Shown piece by piece: positions 23,469 through 34,475 of a stretch of 59,797 nt of DNA. How positions within the stretch are numbered: position 1 is the first letter of the stretch; the number at the start of each line of letters is the position of its first letter. Position numbers and translations under genes: made by a program. The notes beneath the pieces were generated by a model. The model ran no database searches. It was given only the letters and a program-made list of their open reading frames with translations, and was not told where the DNA came from. Source of the DNA: Acholeplasma sp. (GTDB lineage Bacteria > Bacillota_I > Bacilli_A > Acholeplasmatales > UBA5453); NCBI GenBank assembly GCA_036677365.1, contig JAVBWN010000022.1:1-59797 (forward strand), read 5' to 3'.

Positions 23469-23505
23469 ATGTGTTTAATAGAAAAAAAACTATTCGAAGA
23501 ATAGC

Positions 23506-23655
23506 TTATTTCTTTTCTCTATGTAACGTATAAGTACGTGTTTTAGGACAATACTTCTTGATTTCAAGACGATTCGGTGTGGTTTTTTTATTTTTAGTTG
23601 TATAGTAGTTTTCTTCACCACATTCAGTACAAACTAATTTAACAAGTTCACGCAT
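23506..23655 (-). CDS. rpmG: 50S ribosomal protein L33 (not in ORF track)
   Basis: [58 protein letters not shown]. Confidence 0.96.
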   Translation of the reverse strand: MRELVKLVCTECGEENYYTTKNKKTTPNRLEIKKYCPKTRTYTLHREKK

Positions 23656-23793
23656 GTTTCTACCCTCCAGACATTACATTAAAAGTATATCAAACAAGCA
23701 ATCAAATATCAAGTATGAGTTGCCTCAAAAAGATACCAAGACTGATGATAACCTCACACATTATAACAGTTTAATTCAAGGTTGTAAAGCATT

Positions 23794-24666
23794 TTATAGA
23801 GAATCTACAAATAGACCAATCGCAAACGAAATGGAAGCTACCACGAGTGCAATCAGTGCCATCGTGATGAAATTCTTAAAGAGCGGTTGTTTCTTTGCAA
23901 TTGAGATATAATAGTTAAATGCGAAAATAATGAGGATGACAATCCCGATCATCACACCCATCGAAACCAGTGGGATTTGGATCATAAAATAGGGAAGAAT
24001 CAGCAAACTAACGACAATGACATAGGCTACACCCGTATACAAAGCATTGATTAAAGGGGTGTCATGGTCATCCTGTTTTCGCGATAGAAATTCTGAGGCA
24101 GCCATGCTTAATGCAGCACTGACCCCCGTGATTAAACCGAGTGTCCCCACTTTCATCGAATCATTGATGGCTAAAGTAAACCCTGCCAACGCACCACTGA
24201 TTTCAACCAAAGCATCATTCATCCCCAAAACGACGGAGGATGCGAATAATAATTTTTCATCATTCAAAATATTGATGAGGGCTTCTTCATGGGTTTTTTC
24301 ATCTTTTAAAATGTCTTTGAGTTCATCGATTTCTTCTATCACATCTCGGTAGGATTGTCTAGAATGTGCTTCGAGTTTTTCAAAAATTCTCAACGTGAAG
24401 ATTACTCCTAGGGTATACATCATCACTGTGTAAAACATCAATTTAAGCGAAGGCCGTTTTATCTCAATGCTCACTGCTTTTTTACCCAAGTAGGAATTAA
24501 AGATATCCAAATGGTGTTTTTCTTGTAAAGCAATGCCTTCTAAAATGACACGGTTTTCTGGTTTCTTTTGACGTTTGGCAATTCGCATATAAAGATGGTA
24601 AGCTAAAGACTCCTCACGTGCAAATTCACGGTAGGTTCTTTTTTGCTTCTCTGAGAGCATTTGCAT
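23794..24666 (-). CDS. Rubrerythrin-like/VIT1-CCC1 fusion metal transporter
   Basis: ExxH pairs (EKHH, EKTH); VLGMNDALV and ALSMAASEFLS VIT1 motifs. Confidence 0.88.
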   Translation of the reverse strand: MQMLSEKQKRTYREFAREESLAYHLYMRIAKRQKKPENRVILEGIALQEKHHLDIFNSYLGKKAVSIEIKRPSLKLMFYTVMMYTLGVIFTLRIFEKLEAHSRQSYRDVIEEIDELKDILKDEKTHEEALINILNDEKLLFASSVVLGMNDALVEISGALAGFTLAINDSMKVGTLGLITGVSAALSMAASEFLSRKQDDHDTPLINALYTGVAYVIVVSLLILPYFMIQIPLVSMGVMIGIVILIIFAFNYYISIAKKQPLFKNFITMALIALVVASISFAIGLFVDSL

Positions 24667-24811
24667 CGTTTCACCTCGTATGAGTTACATTATAAGGCTA
24701 TTTATCTCTTCAAGCAATACTTTTCTATAAATAATATGGAGATTTATTATAAATAAGCGTTGTCTCTTAAAAACTTATAACTTGTGTTATAATCGTTTTA
24801 GGTGATATTGA

Positions 24812-25846
24812 ATGCAAAGACTACAAACTAGACCCATCAAGGTGGGCAATTTAATCATGGGTGGTAACAACCATGTATATATTCAAAGTATGACAACAAC
24901 GTATACCAAAGACATCGAATCGACCGTCAAACAAATCCACCAGTTAGAAAAAGCAGGTTGTGAAATTGTTCGTGTGGCTGTCCTCGATAAAGTGGATGCA
25001 GCAGCGTTGGGTGAAATTAAAAGACAAATCCACATCCCATTGGTTGCAGATATTCATTTTGACTATAAATTGGCGTTAGAAGCCATTAACCAAGGTGTGG
25101 ATAAAATTCGTTTAAATCCAGGGAACATCAAAGACCGTTCCAAAGTGGAAATGGTCGTGAATGCTTGTAAAGCCAAAGGGATCCCCATCCGTATTGGTGT
25201 CAATAGTGGGTCGTTACCCGATGGATTAGAACCCACCGCTGAAAACATGATTAAGGTTGCGAAGGGCCATGTCGAAATCTTAGAATCGATGAACTTCTTT
25301 GATATCGCTTTATCATTAAAAGCAACCGACATGAATTTGATGATTGAAACCTACCGTCTAGCTGCTAAAACATTCCCATACCCACTCCATTTGGGTGTCA
25401 CTGAAGCAGGTACTGCTTTCTCAGGTGCCATCAAGAGTGCGATGGGTATTGGTATTTTGCTTCATGAAGGCATTGGTAATACGATTCGTGTTTCATTAAC
25501 GGATAACCCTGAAATCGAAATCAGAGCTGCAAAAGAAATCCTCAAAAACCTTAACTTGAGAAATGATATCCCAAATTTAATCAGCTGTCCTACGTGCGGG
25601 CGCATCCAATATGATATGATCGATATCGCTAAACGCATTGAAACCTACCTGCAAGGTGTGAACAAACATATCAATGTGGCGATTATGGGTTGTAAGGTCA
25701 ATGGCCCTGGTGAAGCGAAACACGCTGATATCGGGGTCGCTGGTGGTAAAGGTGAAGCTGTCATATTCAAGCATGGTCAAATCGTAAAGAAAATAAAAGA
25801 AGCCGAAGTGTATGATGAACTCGTTCGAATGATCGATGAATTCTAG
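24812..25846 (+). CDS. ispG: HMBPP synthase (MEP pathway)
   Basis: QSMT, PLVADIHF, RIGVNSGS, HLGVTEAG, SCPTCGR, MGCKVNGPGE. Confidence 0.97.
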   Translation: MQRLQTRPIKVGNLIMGGNNHVYIQSMTTTYTKDIESTVKQIHQLEKAGCEIVRVAVLDKVDAAALGEIKRQIHIPLVADIHFDYKLALEAINQGVDKIRLNPGNIKDRSKVEMVVNACKAKGIPIRIGVNSGSLPDGLEPTAENMIKVAKGHVEILESMNFFDIALSLKATDMNLMIETYRLAAKTFPYPLHLGVTEAGTAFSGAIKSAMGIGILLHEGIGNTIRVSLTDNPEIEIRAAKEILKNLNLRNDIPNLISCPTCGRIQYDMIDIAKRIETYLQGVNKHINVAIMGCKVNGPGEAKHADIGVAGGKGEAVIFKHGQIVKKIKEAEVYDELVRMIDEF

Positions 25847-25883
25847 ACCACTTCGGTCTTTTTTTTCAAAAAAAAGGAAGCGA

Positions 25884-26981
25884 TTAACGCTTCCCTTGAT
25901 CGTATGGTTCCCCAGCGGCTTTTGGCCCTTGAGAGTTTTTTGACGTGAGTGCCAATAGAATCAGTGTCACAATGAATGGTGTCATTGAGATGATATCTTT
26001 TGGTAAGTATCTGAAGAAAAGGTACAAGTTGTTGAATAGACCTTGTAGTATAGATTCATTGGCTCTTAGACCATCAAAAGCACTTTGAACCAATGTAATA
26101 CCATTGGATAAGTTCATCAAGAATCCAAATAGTAATGAGAACACCAATACTCTCGCAGGTTTCCATTGTCCTGAAATAAGTACGGCTAGTGCCAGGAATC
26201 CGTAACCATATATCGAAGCTTTAAAGGATGTCGATGTTGGTACAATCAGGATAACCCCACCCATCCCAGCAAGTAACCCTGAAATGGAGACGGATAGATA
26301 ACGAATCTTGTATACATTGATCCCAGCAGCGTCGGCTGCATGTGGGTTTTCACCGCAGGCACGGAGTCTAAGACCATATTTTGTCTTATAGGCTACAATT
26401 GCTGCTATGACGAAAATCAACAACCCTAACAATGTAATCAAATATACATTGGTAAAGAGGATATCCCCAATCACTGGAATGTCTTTTAACAATGGGATAT
26501 TGAGTTTATAACGGTCTGTAAACCCAATTTCTTCTGTACCCGAAGATGACAACGCACGACCGACGAAAATCGCTAAGCCTACGGATAACATGTTTAATGC
26601 AGTACCAGAAATGACTTGATTCGATTTCATCGTGATGGATGCGAATGAGTGTAGTAATGAGAAAATCAAACCTGCTGCCCCACCTATGATGACAGTGATG
26701 ATCAAAATCAACTGTCCATCGATGTTGTTATGTTGAAAGAGATTTAATGTTAAGATACCCACAAATGCCCCAAATAACATGATCCCCTCTAAGGCAATAT
26801 TAACAACCCCGGAGCGTTCTGAATATAGACCTGCCATCGCAACCATGGCGAGTGGTATAGTTGAATATAAAGTCCATTGGACGAGATTATAAAAGCTATT
26901 GTTGTTCCAAAGGGCAACTAAAATATAAACAATGACGGCTACTGCGATGTAAATATTGCGTTTGGTCATGTATTTACTCAT
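25884..26981 (-). CDS. Nucleoside/sugar ABC transporter permease 2
   Basis: SERSGVVNIALEG, GLRLRACGENPHAA. Confidence 0.92.
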   Translation of the reverse strand: MSKYMTKRNIYIAVAVIVYILVALWNNNSFYNLVQWTLYSTIPLAMVAMAGLYSERSGVVNIALEGIMLFGAFVGILTLNLFQHNNIDGQLILIITVIIGGAAGLIFSLLHSFASITMKSNQVISGTALNMLSVGLAIFVGRALSSSGTEEIGFTDRYKLNIPLLKDIPVIGDILFTNVYLITLLGLLIFVIAAIVAYKTKYGLRLRACGENPHAADAAGINVYKIRYLSVSISGLLAGMGGVILIVPTSTSFKASIYGYGFLALAVLISGQWKPARVLVFSLLFGFLMNLSNGITLVQSAFDGLRANESILQGLFNNLYLFFRYLPKDIISMTPFIVTLILLALTSKNSQGPKAAGEPYDQGKR

Positions 26982-28071
26982 GAGTAGCACCGCCCTTCTT
27001 ATCTAGCCATTTTGCGATATACTTCTTCGCATATTTTTGGAAATAGAGTGTGAACGCAGAGAAATAAATGATGCTTGCAGAGATGATATCGATGATTTCA
27101 CGTTTAAAGTCCCAAGATTGGAGTTCTTGATTTGCAGATTCAATGTATCCTAAGAATAAGCCTGAGAAAACCGTTCCAATTGGATTGCTCATACCGAGCA
27201 ATGCAACCGCAATCCCTTGGAATCCATAAGGTGAAATTGCATACTTTGTTTCTAATTTAATGCCGGTCCCTGGTACGAGGTAAATCACTGCACCTGCTAA
27301 ACCTGCTATTGCGCCAGATATTAATAACGAGTAAACAATGTTTCTCTTGTCATTAACACCTGCGTATTTCGCAGCGTCACGGTTGTACCCAACCGCTTTG
27401 AGTTGGAATCCAAAGGTGGTTTTTTCAAGGATGATATAAATCAAAACACCCGTTAAAATCGCGATTAAGATACCCGCATTGAGCTTATTGAAATCGAATA
27501 TTTGATCCATAAATAATTTGGGGATACGACCGGAACTGACGACTTCTCGAGCTTCTTGTCTTACGGTATCATAAATGGTTGCTTCAATCAGCATTTTAGA
27601 TACATACATCGCAATGTAGTTCATCATGATGGTAGAAACAACTTCATGAACATTTCGGTATGCTTTTAACAATGCTGGAATGAGTGCCCAAAGCATCCCA
27701 CCAAGCATCCCACCTATAATGGCTATGAAGGGGTGTAATGGCCCTAAGAATCCCCATTGAACACCAATGAATACAGCCACAAATGCACCAATCATCAATT
27801 GACCGGATACCCCAATATTGAATAACCCAGTCTTAAAGGCAAACGCAACCGCCAACCCAGTTAAAATCAGCGGTGCTGAATTAAATAAGACATTACCAAT
27901 CCCAGGCATACCTTGACTGACGCCAGAAAACATGATGGCAGATAGTCCCCCAAAAGCCATCGATGGATTGATCAATAACATAACAACCAAACCAAATAGC
28001 ATACCAGCGATGATAGATATTATGGTGGCAATGATTTTTTCAGTGGATTCTAATTTCAGAAATTTCATCAT
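26974..28071 (-). CDS. Nucleoside/sugar ABC transporter permease 1
   Basis: GLFNIG, HEVVSTIMMNY, GIAVALLG. Confidence 0.92.
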   Translation of the reverse strand: MMKFLKLESTEKIIATIISIIAGMLFGLVVMLLINPSMAFGGLSAIMFSGVSQGMPGIGNVLFNSAPLILTGLAVAFAFKTGLFNIGVSGQLMIGAFVAVFIGVQWGFLGPLHPFIAIIGGMLGGMLWALIPALLKAYRNVHEVVSTIMMNYIAMYVSKMLIEATIYDTVRQEAREVVSSGRIPKLFMDQIFDFNKLNAGILIAILTGVLIYIILEKTTFGFQLKAVGYNRDAAKYAGVNDKRNIVYSLLISGAIAGLAGAVIYLVPGTGIKLETKYAISPYGFQGIAVALLGMSNPIGTVFSGLFLGYIESANQELQSWDFKREIIDIISASIIYFSAFTLYFQKYAKKYIAKWLDKKGGATHE

Positions 28072-29594
28072 TGGTTGACACCTCTCTTAGACCCAGACAT
28101 GTATAAACCCAATTCGTTTTCATTGGTTTTCTTCGCATCCAAGTCTGCTACGATTTCCCCTTCATACATGACCAAAATACGGTCAGCTAAATTGAAAACT
28201 TCGTCTAATTCTAGGGAAAACACCAAGATTGCTTTTTGTTGATCACGCATGTTGATTAATTGGTGGTGAATGTATTCAATGGCACCGACATCCAGACCAC
28301 GGGTTGGTTGTACAGCAACCACCAAATCGGTATTTCGTGATAATTCTCTCGCAATGATGGCTTTTTGTTGGTTACCACCGGACATACTTCTGGTTTTGGT
28401 TTTTCGACCGTTTGCACTTCTAACGTCAAACTTTTCAATTAGTTGTTCTGCATTACGATTAATATCATCGAACTTTAAAAAACCATATTGTTGGAAATGC
28501 TCACTGAAGTAAGTCTGTAAAATCAAGTTTTCGGCTAAGTTAAAGTCCAATACGAGTCCAAATTTGTGTCTATCTTCTGGAATATGTGCAATCCCAGACA
28601 ATGTCTTTTCACGAATGGATTTATGTGTGATATCCGTATCATTCAAATAAATACGTCCTGATTTGGCTTCTTTTAACCCCGTGATTACTTCAGCCAATTG
28701 CGTTTGACCATTACCTTCAATCCCTGCAACCACAACAATTTCACCACCGAAAACCTCGAAAGTGATGTCTTTCAAGTCCTCTTTATTTAATAGAACATTG
28801 TGATGATGGATATTTTCAACTTTTAAGACTGGTTTGGTCAATTTAGCATCTGCTTTATCAATCGTGAAATTCACTTTACGACCGACCATCATTTCTGCCA
28901 TTTGATCCACTGTAGTGGTTTTAACATCCACTGTCCCGATGTATTTTCCTTTTCTCAGAACTGTACAACGGTCTGCAACCATTTTAATTTCATTCAATTT
29001 ATGCGTAATTAAAATGATGGATTTACCTTCACCCACCATATCTTTCATTATGTGCATCAATTCTTCGATTTCTTGTGGGGTTAATACCGCGGTTGGTTCG
29101 TCAAATATAAGGATATCTGCATCACGGTAGAGCATTTTTAGAATTTCAACACGTTGTTGCATCCCAACTGTAATGTCTTGGATTTTTGCATTAGGGTCAA
29201 TCTTAAGCTTATAGCGTTGAGAAAGTTCAACGATTTTCTTTTTGGCATCGGTTAGGCTGATGAAACCATTTTTGGTTTCTTCTCTGCCTAAGATGATGTT
29301 TTCAACCACAGAATAGTTGTGTACAAGCTTAAAATGCTGATGCACCATCCCAATCTTTAATGCATTCGCATCGTTTGGGTTTTTAATCTTTACTTCTTCC
29401 CCATTGACTTTAATGATCCCTTCTTCTGGTTGATATAAACCGAAGAGTACAGACATCAAAGTGGATTTACCTGCACCATTTTCCCCGAGTAGTGCATGGA
29501 TTTCGCCTTTTTTTACTTGCAATGTAATATTATCATTGGCGATGATCCCTGGGAATCGCTTGGTAATATTGAGCATTTCAATAACATAGGACAT
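28068..29594 (-). CDS. Nucleoside/sugar ABC transporter ATPase (CUT2 type)
   Basis: GENGAGKST, MVHQHF, SGGNQQK, QPTRGLD. Confidence 0.94.
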   Translation of the reverse strand: MSYVIEMLNITKRFPGIIANDNITLQVKKGEIHALLGENGAGKSTLMSVLFGLYQPEEGIIKVNGEEVKIKNPNDANALKIGMVHQHFKLVHNYSVVENIILGREETKNGFISLTDAKKKIVELSQRYKLKIDPNAKIQDITVGMQQRVEILKMLYRDADILIFDEPTAVLTPQEIEELMHIMKDMVGEGKSIILITHKLNEIKMVADRCTVLRKGKYIGTVDVKTTTVDQMAEMMVGRKVNFTIDKADAKLTKPVLKVENIHHHNVLLNKEDLKDITFEVFGGEIVVVAGIEGNGQTQLAEVITGLKEAKSGRIYLNDTDITHKSIREKTLSGIAHIPEDRHKFGLVLDFNLAENLILQTYFSEHFQQYGFLKFDDINRNAEQLIEKFDVRSANGRKTKTRSMSGGNQQKAIIARELSRNTDLVVAVQPTRGLDVGAIEYIHHQLINMRDQQKAILVFSLELDEVFNLADRILVMYEGEIVADLDAKKTNENELGLYMSGSKRGVNQ

Positions 29595-29620
29595 TCAATT
29601 CACCTCATTTTATCTCTCAT

Positions 29621-29646
29621 ATTATATCATAAAAAAGCGTTTTCCA
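29621..29646 (-). promoter_or_regulatory. Extended -10 promoter with adjacent cre/LacI-like site
   Basis: TGGAAAACGCTTTT just upstream of TGATATAAT (minus strand). Confidence 0.45.
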
Positions 29647-29735
29647 AAGCGACTGTTAAAAATATTATATAAATATAAAATCGGTTAAAGACAAAAAAAA
29701 GCACCGTTTTAGGGTGCTTTCTAAATTCATAATAA

Positions 29736-30836
29736 TTAGTTGCTGACTTGAAGTGTAACTTTCGGTACGTTAAGTGCAGTTACAGCGATTGCAACGTCTT
29801 TAACGATGACGATTTGTTTGCCTTCAACTTTAGCAAAAATGGTGTTATACATCGCTTGAGTGAATGTATTGAATCTGGAGAAATCAGCAGGAAGACCTAC
29901 GCCATCCACTGCAGCATCTAGTGTCACAGATGATCCACCAGTTGCGTTGTCGTCATAAATCTTTTCAAGTGTTTGATAAACAGAGTTACCCAATTCTTTC
30001 ATCGCAGATGTAATGACTCTGTCGGATTCTGCTTTTTGGTCAACGTCAACACCAATGACATACTTGTTCGCAATACCTTCAGCGGCTTTCATAACGGAGT
30101 TACCAGCACCACCGGCAGCAACGAAAATAACTTCTGTGCCTGCAGTATACCAGGATGCAGCTTTAGTTTGGTGTGCAGCATCTGGTGCGAATGAGTTTAG
30201 ATATTCGTACTTGATGGTGATTGCACCATTGGCAAGACCCATTTCATTGGCAGCATAGTTTGCACCTTGAACGAATCCATAACCGAATCTAACAACGGCT
30301 GGTACGGACATACCACCCATGAAACCTAATTTAGTGAAGCCTTCTTTAACAGCTGCATAGCCTGCTAAGAAACCAGATTCTTCTTCAGCGTAGAAAATGC
30401 TGAATACGTTGTCTGCCATATCGAAGTTTGGAGCAGAGCCATCTACGGTTGCCATTGTACCCCAGTCAGAAACGTTATGAGGTGCACCGTCTAGTAAGAT
30501 GAATTTGACTTCTGGATGATCATTTTGAACAAGCCAAATTGCGTTTTCAAATAAGAATCCAGGTGTAACAACAATTTTCGCACCGTTTTCGATAGCGATT
30601 TCAATGGATTCTACATAATCTTCTGTAGATTTGGTATCAGGTTGGTAATACTTGTAAGAAATCTTATGTTCTTTCGCGTATTTAACGACACCTTCCCATG
30701 AACCTTGGTTAAATGATTTGTCATTGATGGTACCTACGTCGGTAACAAGAGCGATTTCATACGTTCTCTTTTGACCGCAAGCAGCCAATGCTAAAGCCAA
30801 TACTGCAACTACTAATGCAACTACTACTTTTTTCAT
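29736..30836 (-). CDS. BMP family ABC substrate-binding lipoprotein (PnrA/TmpC-like)
   Basis: LAAC lipobox, DKSFNQ, GFLAG, IGVDVDQ. Confidence 0.93.
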   Translation of the reverse strand: MKKVVVALVVAVLALALAACGQKRTYEIALVTDVGTINDKSFNQGSWEGVVKYAKEHKISYKYYQPDTKSTEDYVESIEIAIENGAKIVVTPGFLFENAIWLVQNDHPEVKFILLDGAPHNVSDWGTMATVDGSAPNFDMADNVFSIFYAEEESGFLAGYAAVKEGFTKLGFMGGMSVPAVVRFGYGFVQGANYAANEMGLANGAITIKYEYLNSFAPDAAHQTKAASWYTAGTEVIFVAAGGAGNSVMKAAEGIANKYVIGVDVDQKAESDRVITSAMKELGNSVYQTLEKIYDDNATGGSSVTLDAAVDGVGLPADFSRFNTFTQAMYNTIFAKVEGKQIVIVKDVAIAVTALNVPKVTLQVSN

Positions 30837-30934
30837 TTCTTCCTCCTATTTTGGTTTAATCCATAAACATCTTAACACCCTTACGGGATTTTTTCAAGGT
30901 TTTGAAACGGATTTTACAACTAATCAAAGGATTT

Positions 30935-32329
30935 TTAGATAGCGTTTTCATGGTGGGTCAGATTTCTTGCCCATTTGCCGCTTTTCACAAATTGCATCCC
31001 GATGATGCCTTTGATGATGCTGACCCCTTCAACCAGAGCATACACCAATAAAATCGGTAAATCTGTGTATATCGATAATACAACTGCCAAAGGTACTGTG
31101 ATCACCCACGCAAAGGTTGCGTCAAACAAGAAAGTCAAGATGACCATGCCACCCGCTCTTAAAATAAAGAATATGCCCGCGTTGAATGCGAATACCCACA
31201 TGAGCGCAGCGACCACCCACATGAACTGGGTAGACATCGCTCTGACACTATCCGATACGTTGTATAAATACGGGGCGAATGGGGCGATGATGGCCAGTAA
31301 TGCGCCAAAAGATAAACACACCACAATCGTCAAGAACAACAGTTTAAAGGCATTTTCTTTGGCTAACTCGATTTGATTGGCACCTAGTTCGTTACCAACC
31401 ATGACAGAAATACCGGTGGCGAGTGCACCAAATATGATAAAGAACAAGTTAGATACTGCATTAGAAATCGCGAAAGCAGCGTAAACTGAGGTACCACGTT
31501 GTGCATATGCCAACATGATTGCTAAAATCGATGTTGACCACAACAACTCATTGGTCAGCAGTGGCAACGTCTTTTTTACCATCAATTTGAAGCGTTTTGT
31601 CTCAATATGGAAATGTGAGAATATCCCTTGAGCGAATACCATACGGTTTCGATAGGCGATGTATAACAAGATCGAACCTTCGACGACCCTGGCGATGACC
31701 GTCGCGATGGCTGCGCCTTGAACTTCTAATCTTGGTAAACCGAGTTTACCGAAAATCAATACGTAATTGAATCCGAAATTCACAATAACTGAGATGATCC
31801 CAGCCATCATTGGCACTGAAGTTTCACGGATTTCTCTGAAAGTTGAAGCGTATAGCTGTATGATAGCTAGCACTGGCAATGAGAATGCCATGATTGTCAG
31901 ATACTGAACGCCATACTGGATGACTTCTTCATTATAGACACCTGCAGAACCTGGGTCATTTTTCGCGAAAATGGTGATCATTGGTTCTTTAAATATCAAT
32001 AATATCGCCATCGCGATGACAGTGACGAATGCTGCTAAAATGACTTTAGCACGGAACGCTTGTTTTAAGGCATTTTCATCTTTTGCACCAAAATATTGGG
32101 CAACAAATATCCCAGGCCCTGCCAAGCCACCAATGAAACAGATGAGGACGATGAACATGATTTGGTTGGCAATCGCGACACCACTGATGGCGTTTTCGTT
32201 CAATTGTCCAACCATGATGTTGTCGAGCAAGCCGACAAATGTGGTGATCCCTTGTTGGATCATGATGGGTAAAACAATACCTAAGACTTCACGATAGAAT
32301 GCCTTGGTACCAATCAATTTTTTTAACAT
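30935..32329 (-). CDS. MATE family efflux transporter
   Basis: DNIMVGQL, QYFGAKD, GAAIATVIAR, about 12 TM. Confidence 0.93.
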   Translation of the reverse strand: MLKKLIGTKAFYREVLGIVLPIMIQQGITTFVGLLDNIMVGQLNENAISGVAIANQIMFIVLICFIGGLAGPGIFVAQYFGAKDENALKQAFRAKVILAAFVTVIAMAILLIFKEPMITIFAKNDPGSAGVYNEEVIQYGVQYLTIMAFSLPVLAIIQLYASTFREIRETSVPMMAGIISVIVNFGFNYVLIFGKLGLPRLEVQGAAIATVIARVVEGSILLYIAYRNRMVFAQGIFSHFHIETKRFKLMVKKTLPLLTNELLWSTSILAIMLAYAQRGTSVYAAFAISNAVSNLFFIIFGALATGISVMVGNELGANQIELAKENAFKLLFLTIVVCLSFGALLAIIAPFAPYLYNVSDSVRAMSTQFMWVVAALMWVFAFNAGIFFILRAGGMVILTFLFDATFAWVITVPLAVVLSIYTDLPILLVYALVEGVSIIKGIIGMQFVKSGKWARNLTHHENAI

Positions 32330-32330
32330 A

Positions 32331-33869
32331 TTATCCCTTCAATTCTAGTTGGGTGGCTTCAAATGAGTCGTGAAATGACTGGTCATGTGAAACGACGATG
32401 GCCACACCAGGAAAAGCCATGATGGCTTGTTTAAGCGATTCTTTCGCATTATGGTCCAAGTGATTGGTGGGTTCATCCAAGACGATCACATTGGATTTCT
32501 TTTGACTCATTAAAGCGAGTCGAACTTTTGTTTTTTGTCCACCAGAAAGGCTTTTTAACGGTCTATCGGCCATGTCTCTAGAGACACCATATCTGGCTAA
32601 TAGTGTATATACTTGGAGTTTGTCCATATTCTGTAATAAATCAAAACAGAGATTGACCGCAGTTAACGATTCATCGTATGTAAATTCTTGTTCAAAATAG
32701 GATATTTGAGCGGTATCAATCCATTTGAAAGACCCCGAAAGCGCTGGATTTAAACCCATGATGGTCTTAATCAGTGTGGATTTACCTACCCCATTTTTAC
32801 CTGTGATGATGACTTTGGTGTTCTTCTTTATGGTCATGGTGATTGGTTTGAGTAATGATTTTGAATACCCGATTTCTAAATCCTTTAAAATCAGGACGTC
32901 CCTACCTGTATCTTTAGAAAAAGGGAAATGAAACTTGAGTTCTTTTTGTTTGGTCGGTTTTTCGATACGTTCGATTTTTTCTAGTTTTGTACGTACACTT
33001 TGAGCTTGTTTGGTAGTGGAGGCTCTAACGATGTTTTTTTGGATGAACTCTTCTTGTTTCTTGATGAATTTTTGTTGTGACTCATATTGCTTCGACACTT
33101 GTTCAAAACGTAAGGCACGTTCGGCTAAATAGTAATCAAAATTGCCTTTATAGCGTGTCAAACCTTTATTTTCTAGGGCGATGACGGTATTTGCGATGGC
33201 TTTTAAGAAGGCTTCATCGTGGGATACCACCAAAAATGCTTTTTCATAGCCTTGTAGGAATTTGGTTAACCATTCGATGTGTTTGATGTCTAGAAAGTTT
33301 GTTGGTTCATCGAGTAATAATATGTCTGATTCGTCCAGTAATAGCTTACCTAGGATGATTTTGGCACGCATGCCACCCGACAAATACTTAATTTGCATGT
33401 CTAAAATCGACATTTCAAGCCCCAACCCATGGATGATGTTCCCCAGTTTGGATTTCATGGCGTAAAAGTCTTTTTCAATCAAATAATCCCCAATGGAACT
33501 GGCTATATTGAGTGCTCTTTCCATTTCAATACCTTCAAGTTGTCCGACTTTGTGGTATAAGTTTTCCATCTCTTTTTCTTTATCAAACAATGGTTTAAAT
33601 ACAGTGAGTAAATAATCCCCCACATAAATATTGGGGTCAATCTTGGCGTATTGGTCCAAATACCCTACTTTTGTATGTTCAAGCCAGGTGATGGTACCTT
33701 TATCTGGAGATAGGCCTTTATTGAGTAAGTTGAGCAAGGTGGTTTTACCTGCACCGTTGGGTCCAACCAACACGGCGTGGTCGTTGATGAATAGACGCAC
33801 ATTGGCGTCTACGAGTAAATCATTATTGTCATAGCGGAATGATAAGTCATTCACTTCGAGTAAACTCAT
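32331..33869 (-). CDS. ABC-F family ATPase
   Basis: Two NBDs (GPNGAGKT, GKNGVGKS, two DEPTN), no TM. Confidence 0.92.
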   Translation of the reverse strand: MSLLEVNDLSFRYDNNDLLVDANVRLFINDHAVLVGPNGAGKTTLLNLLNKGLSPDKGTITWLEHTKVGYLDQYAKIDPNIYVGDYLLTVFKPLFDKEKEMENLYHKVGQLEGIEMERALNIASSIGDYLIEKDFYAMKSKLGNIIHGLGLEMSILDMQIKYLSGGMRAKIILGKLLLDESDILLLDEPTNFLDIKHIEWLTKFLQGYEKAFLVVSHDEAFLKAIANTVIALENKGLTRYKGNFDYYLAERALRFEQVSKQYESQQKFIKKQEEFIQKNIVRASTTKQAQSVRTKLEKIERIEKPTKQKELKFHFPFSKDTGRDVLILKDLEIGYSKSLLKPITMTIKKNTKVIITGKNGVGKSTLIKTIMGLNPALSGSFKWIDTAQISYFEQEFTYDESLTAVNLCFDLLQNMDKLQVYTLLARYGVSRDMADRPLKSLSGGQKTKVRLALMSQKKSNVIVLDEPTNHLDHNAKESLKQAIMAFPGVAIVVSHDQSFHDSFEATQLELKG

Positions 33870-34374
33870 GGTTTAGTTCAATCTCCGTTACTGCATGCGC
33901 ATCCTCGATGTATTGCCAGCCTGTGAGCCGGTGTTCACCGATGATCTCATGGATATTTTGCTTAAAATAGGTGCCTTCAGATGTGGCTAAAACGGTCTTT
34001 CGATCGCTCGCTAAAATCAGACCTTCACCTTTGAATGTCATGCCTTTATTTTTTGTAATCCACCCACAAACCACGATGTCTTCATCGAGAGGTACTGGTT
34101 TACGGTAGGATACTTCTAATTTAATGGTTACACCCCATGTTTCGGGTTCAGTGATGCTCATCGCACGTCCAATGGTTTCATCTAATAAAGCAGAAATGAT
34201 GCCACCATGCATCCGGTTGGGATAACTTTGATGAAAGTTGTCACCGCGTGTAATTGTCACTAGGACGCCATTTTCTAGTTCATAGAAAGCCGTTTTTAAT
34301 CCTGCATCATTATGGATACCACAGACAAAGCATTCGTCTGAATTGAATTGTTTTCTCATTACTTTATATTTCAT
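33847..34374 (-). CDS. PaaI/hotdog thioesterase
   Basis: CFVCG, HGGIISALLDE. Confidence 0.88.
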   Translation of the reverse strand: MKYKVMRKQFNSDECFVCGIHNDAGLKTAFYELENGVLVTITRGDNFHQSYPNRMHGGIISALLDETIGRAMSITEPETWGVTIKLEVSYRKPVPLDEDIVVCGWITKNKGMTFKGEGLILASDRKTVLATSEGTYFKQNIHEIIGEHRLTGWQYIEDAHAVTEIELNHEFTRSE

Positions 34375-34475
34375 ATAATCACCTATGTCCTTTAAGATTA
34401 TAACACACTCTATTTCAATCTTTCTTAGTAAAAATCCGCATTTTTACTAAAAATAAAAGAGACACCTAAGGTCTC

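Noticed and set aside
23506..23655. L33 with only three Cys
   Set aside because: Partial zinc-ribbon L33 variants are common in Firmicutes
23654..23911. 85-aa plus-strand ORF
   Set aside because: Overlaps the rpmG promoter region and the VIT1 gene antisense; no RBS or motif
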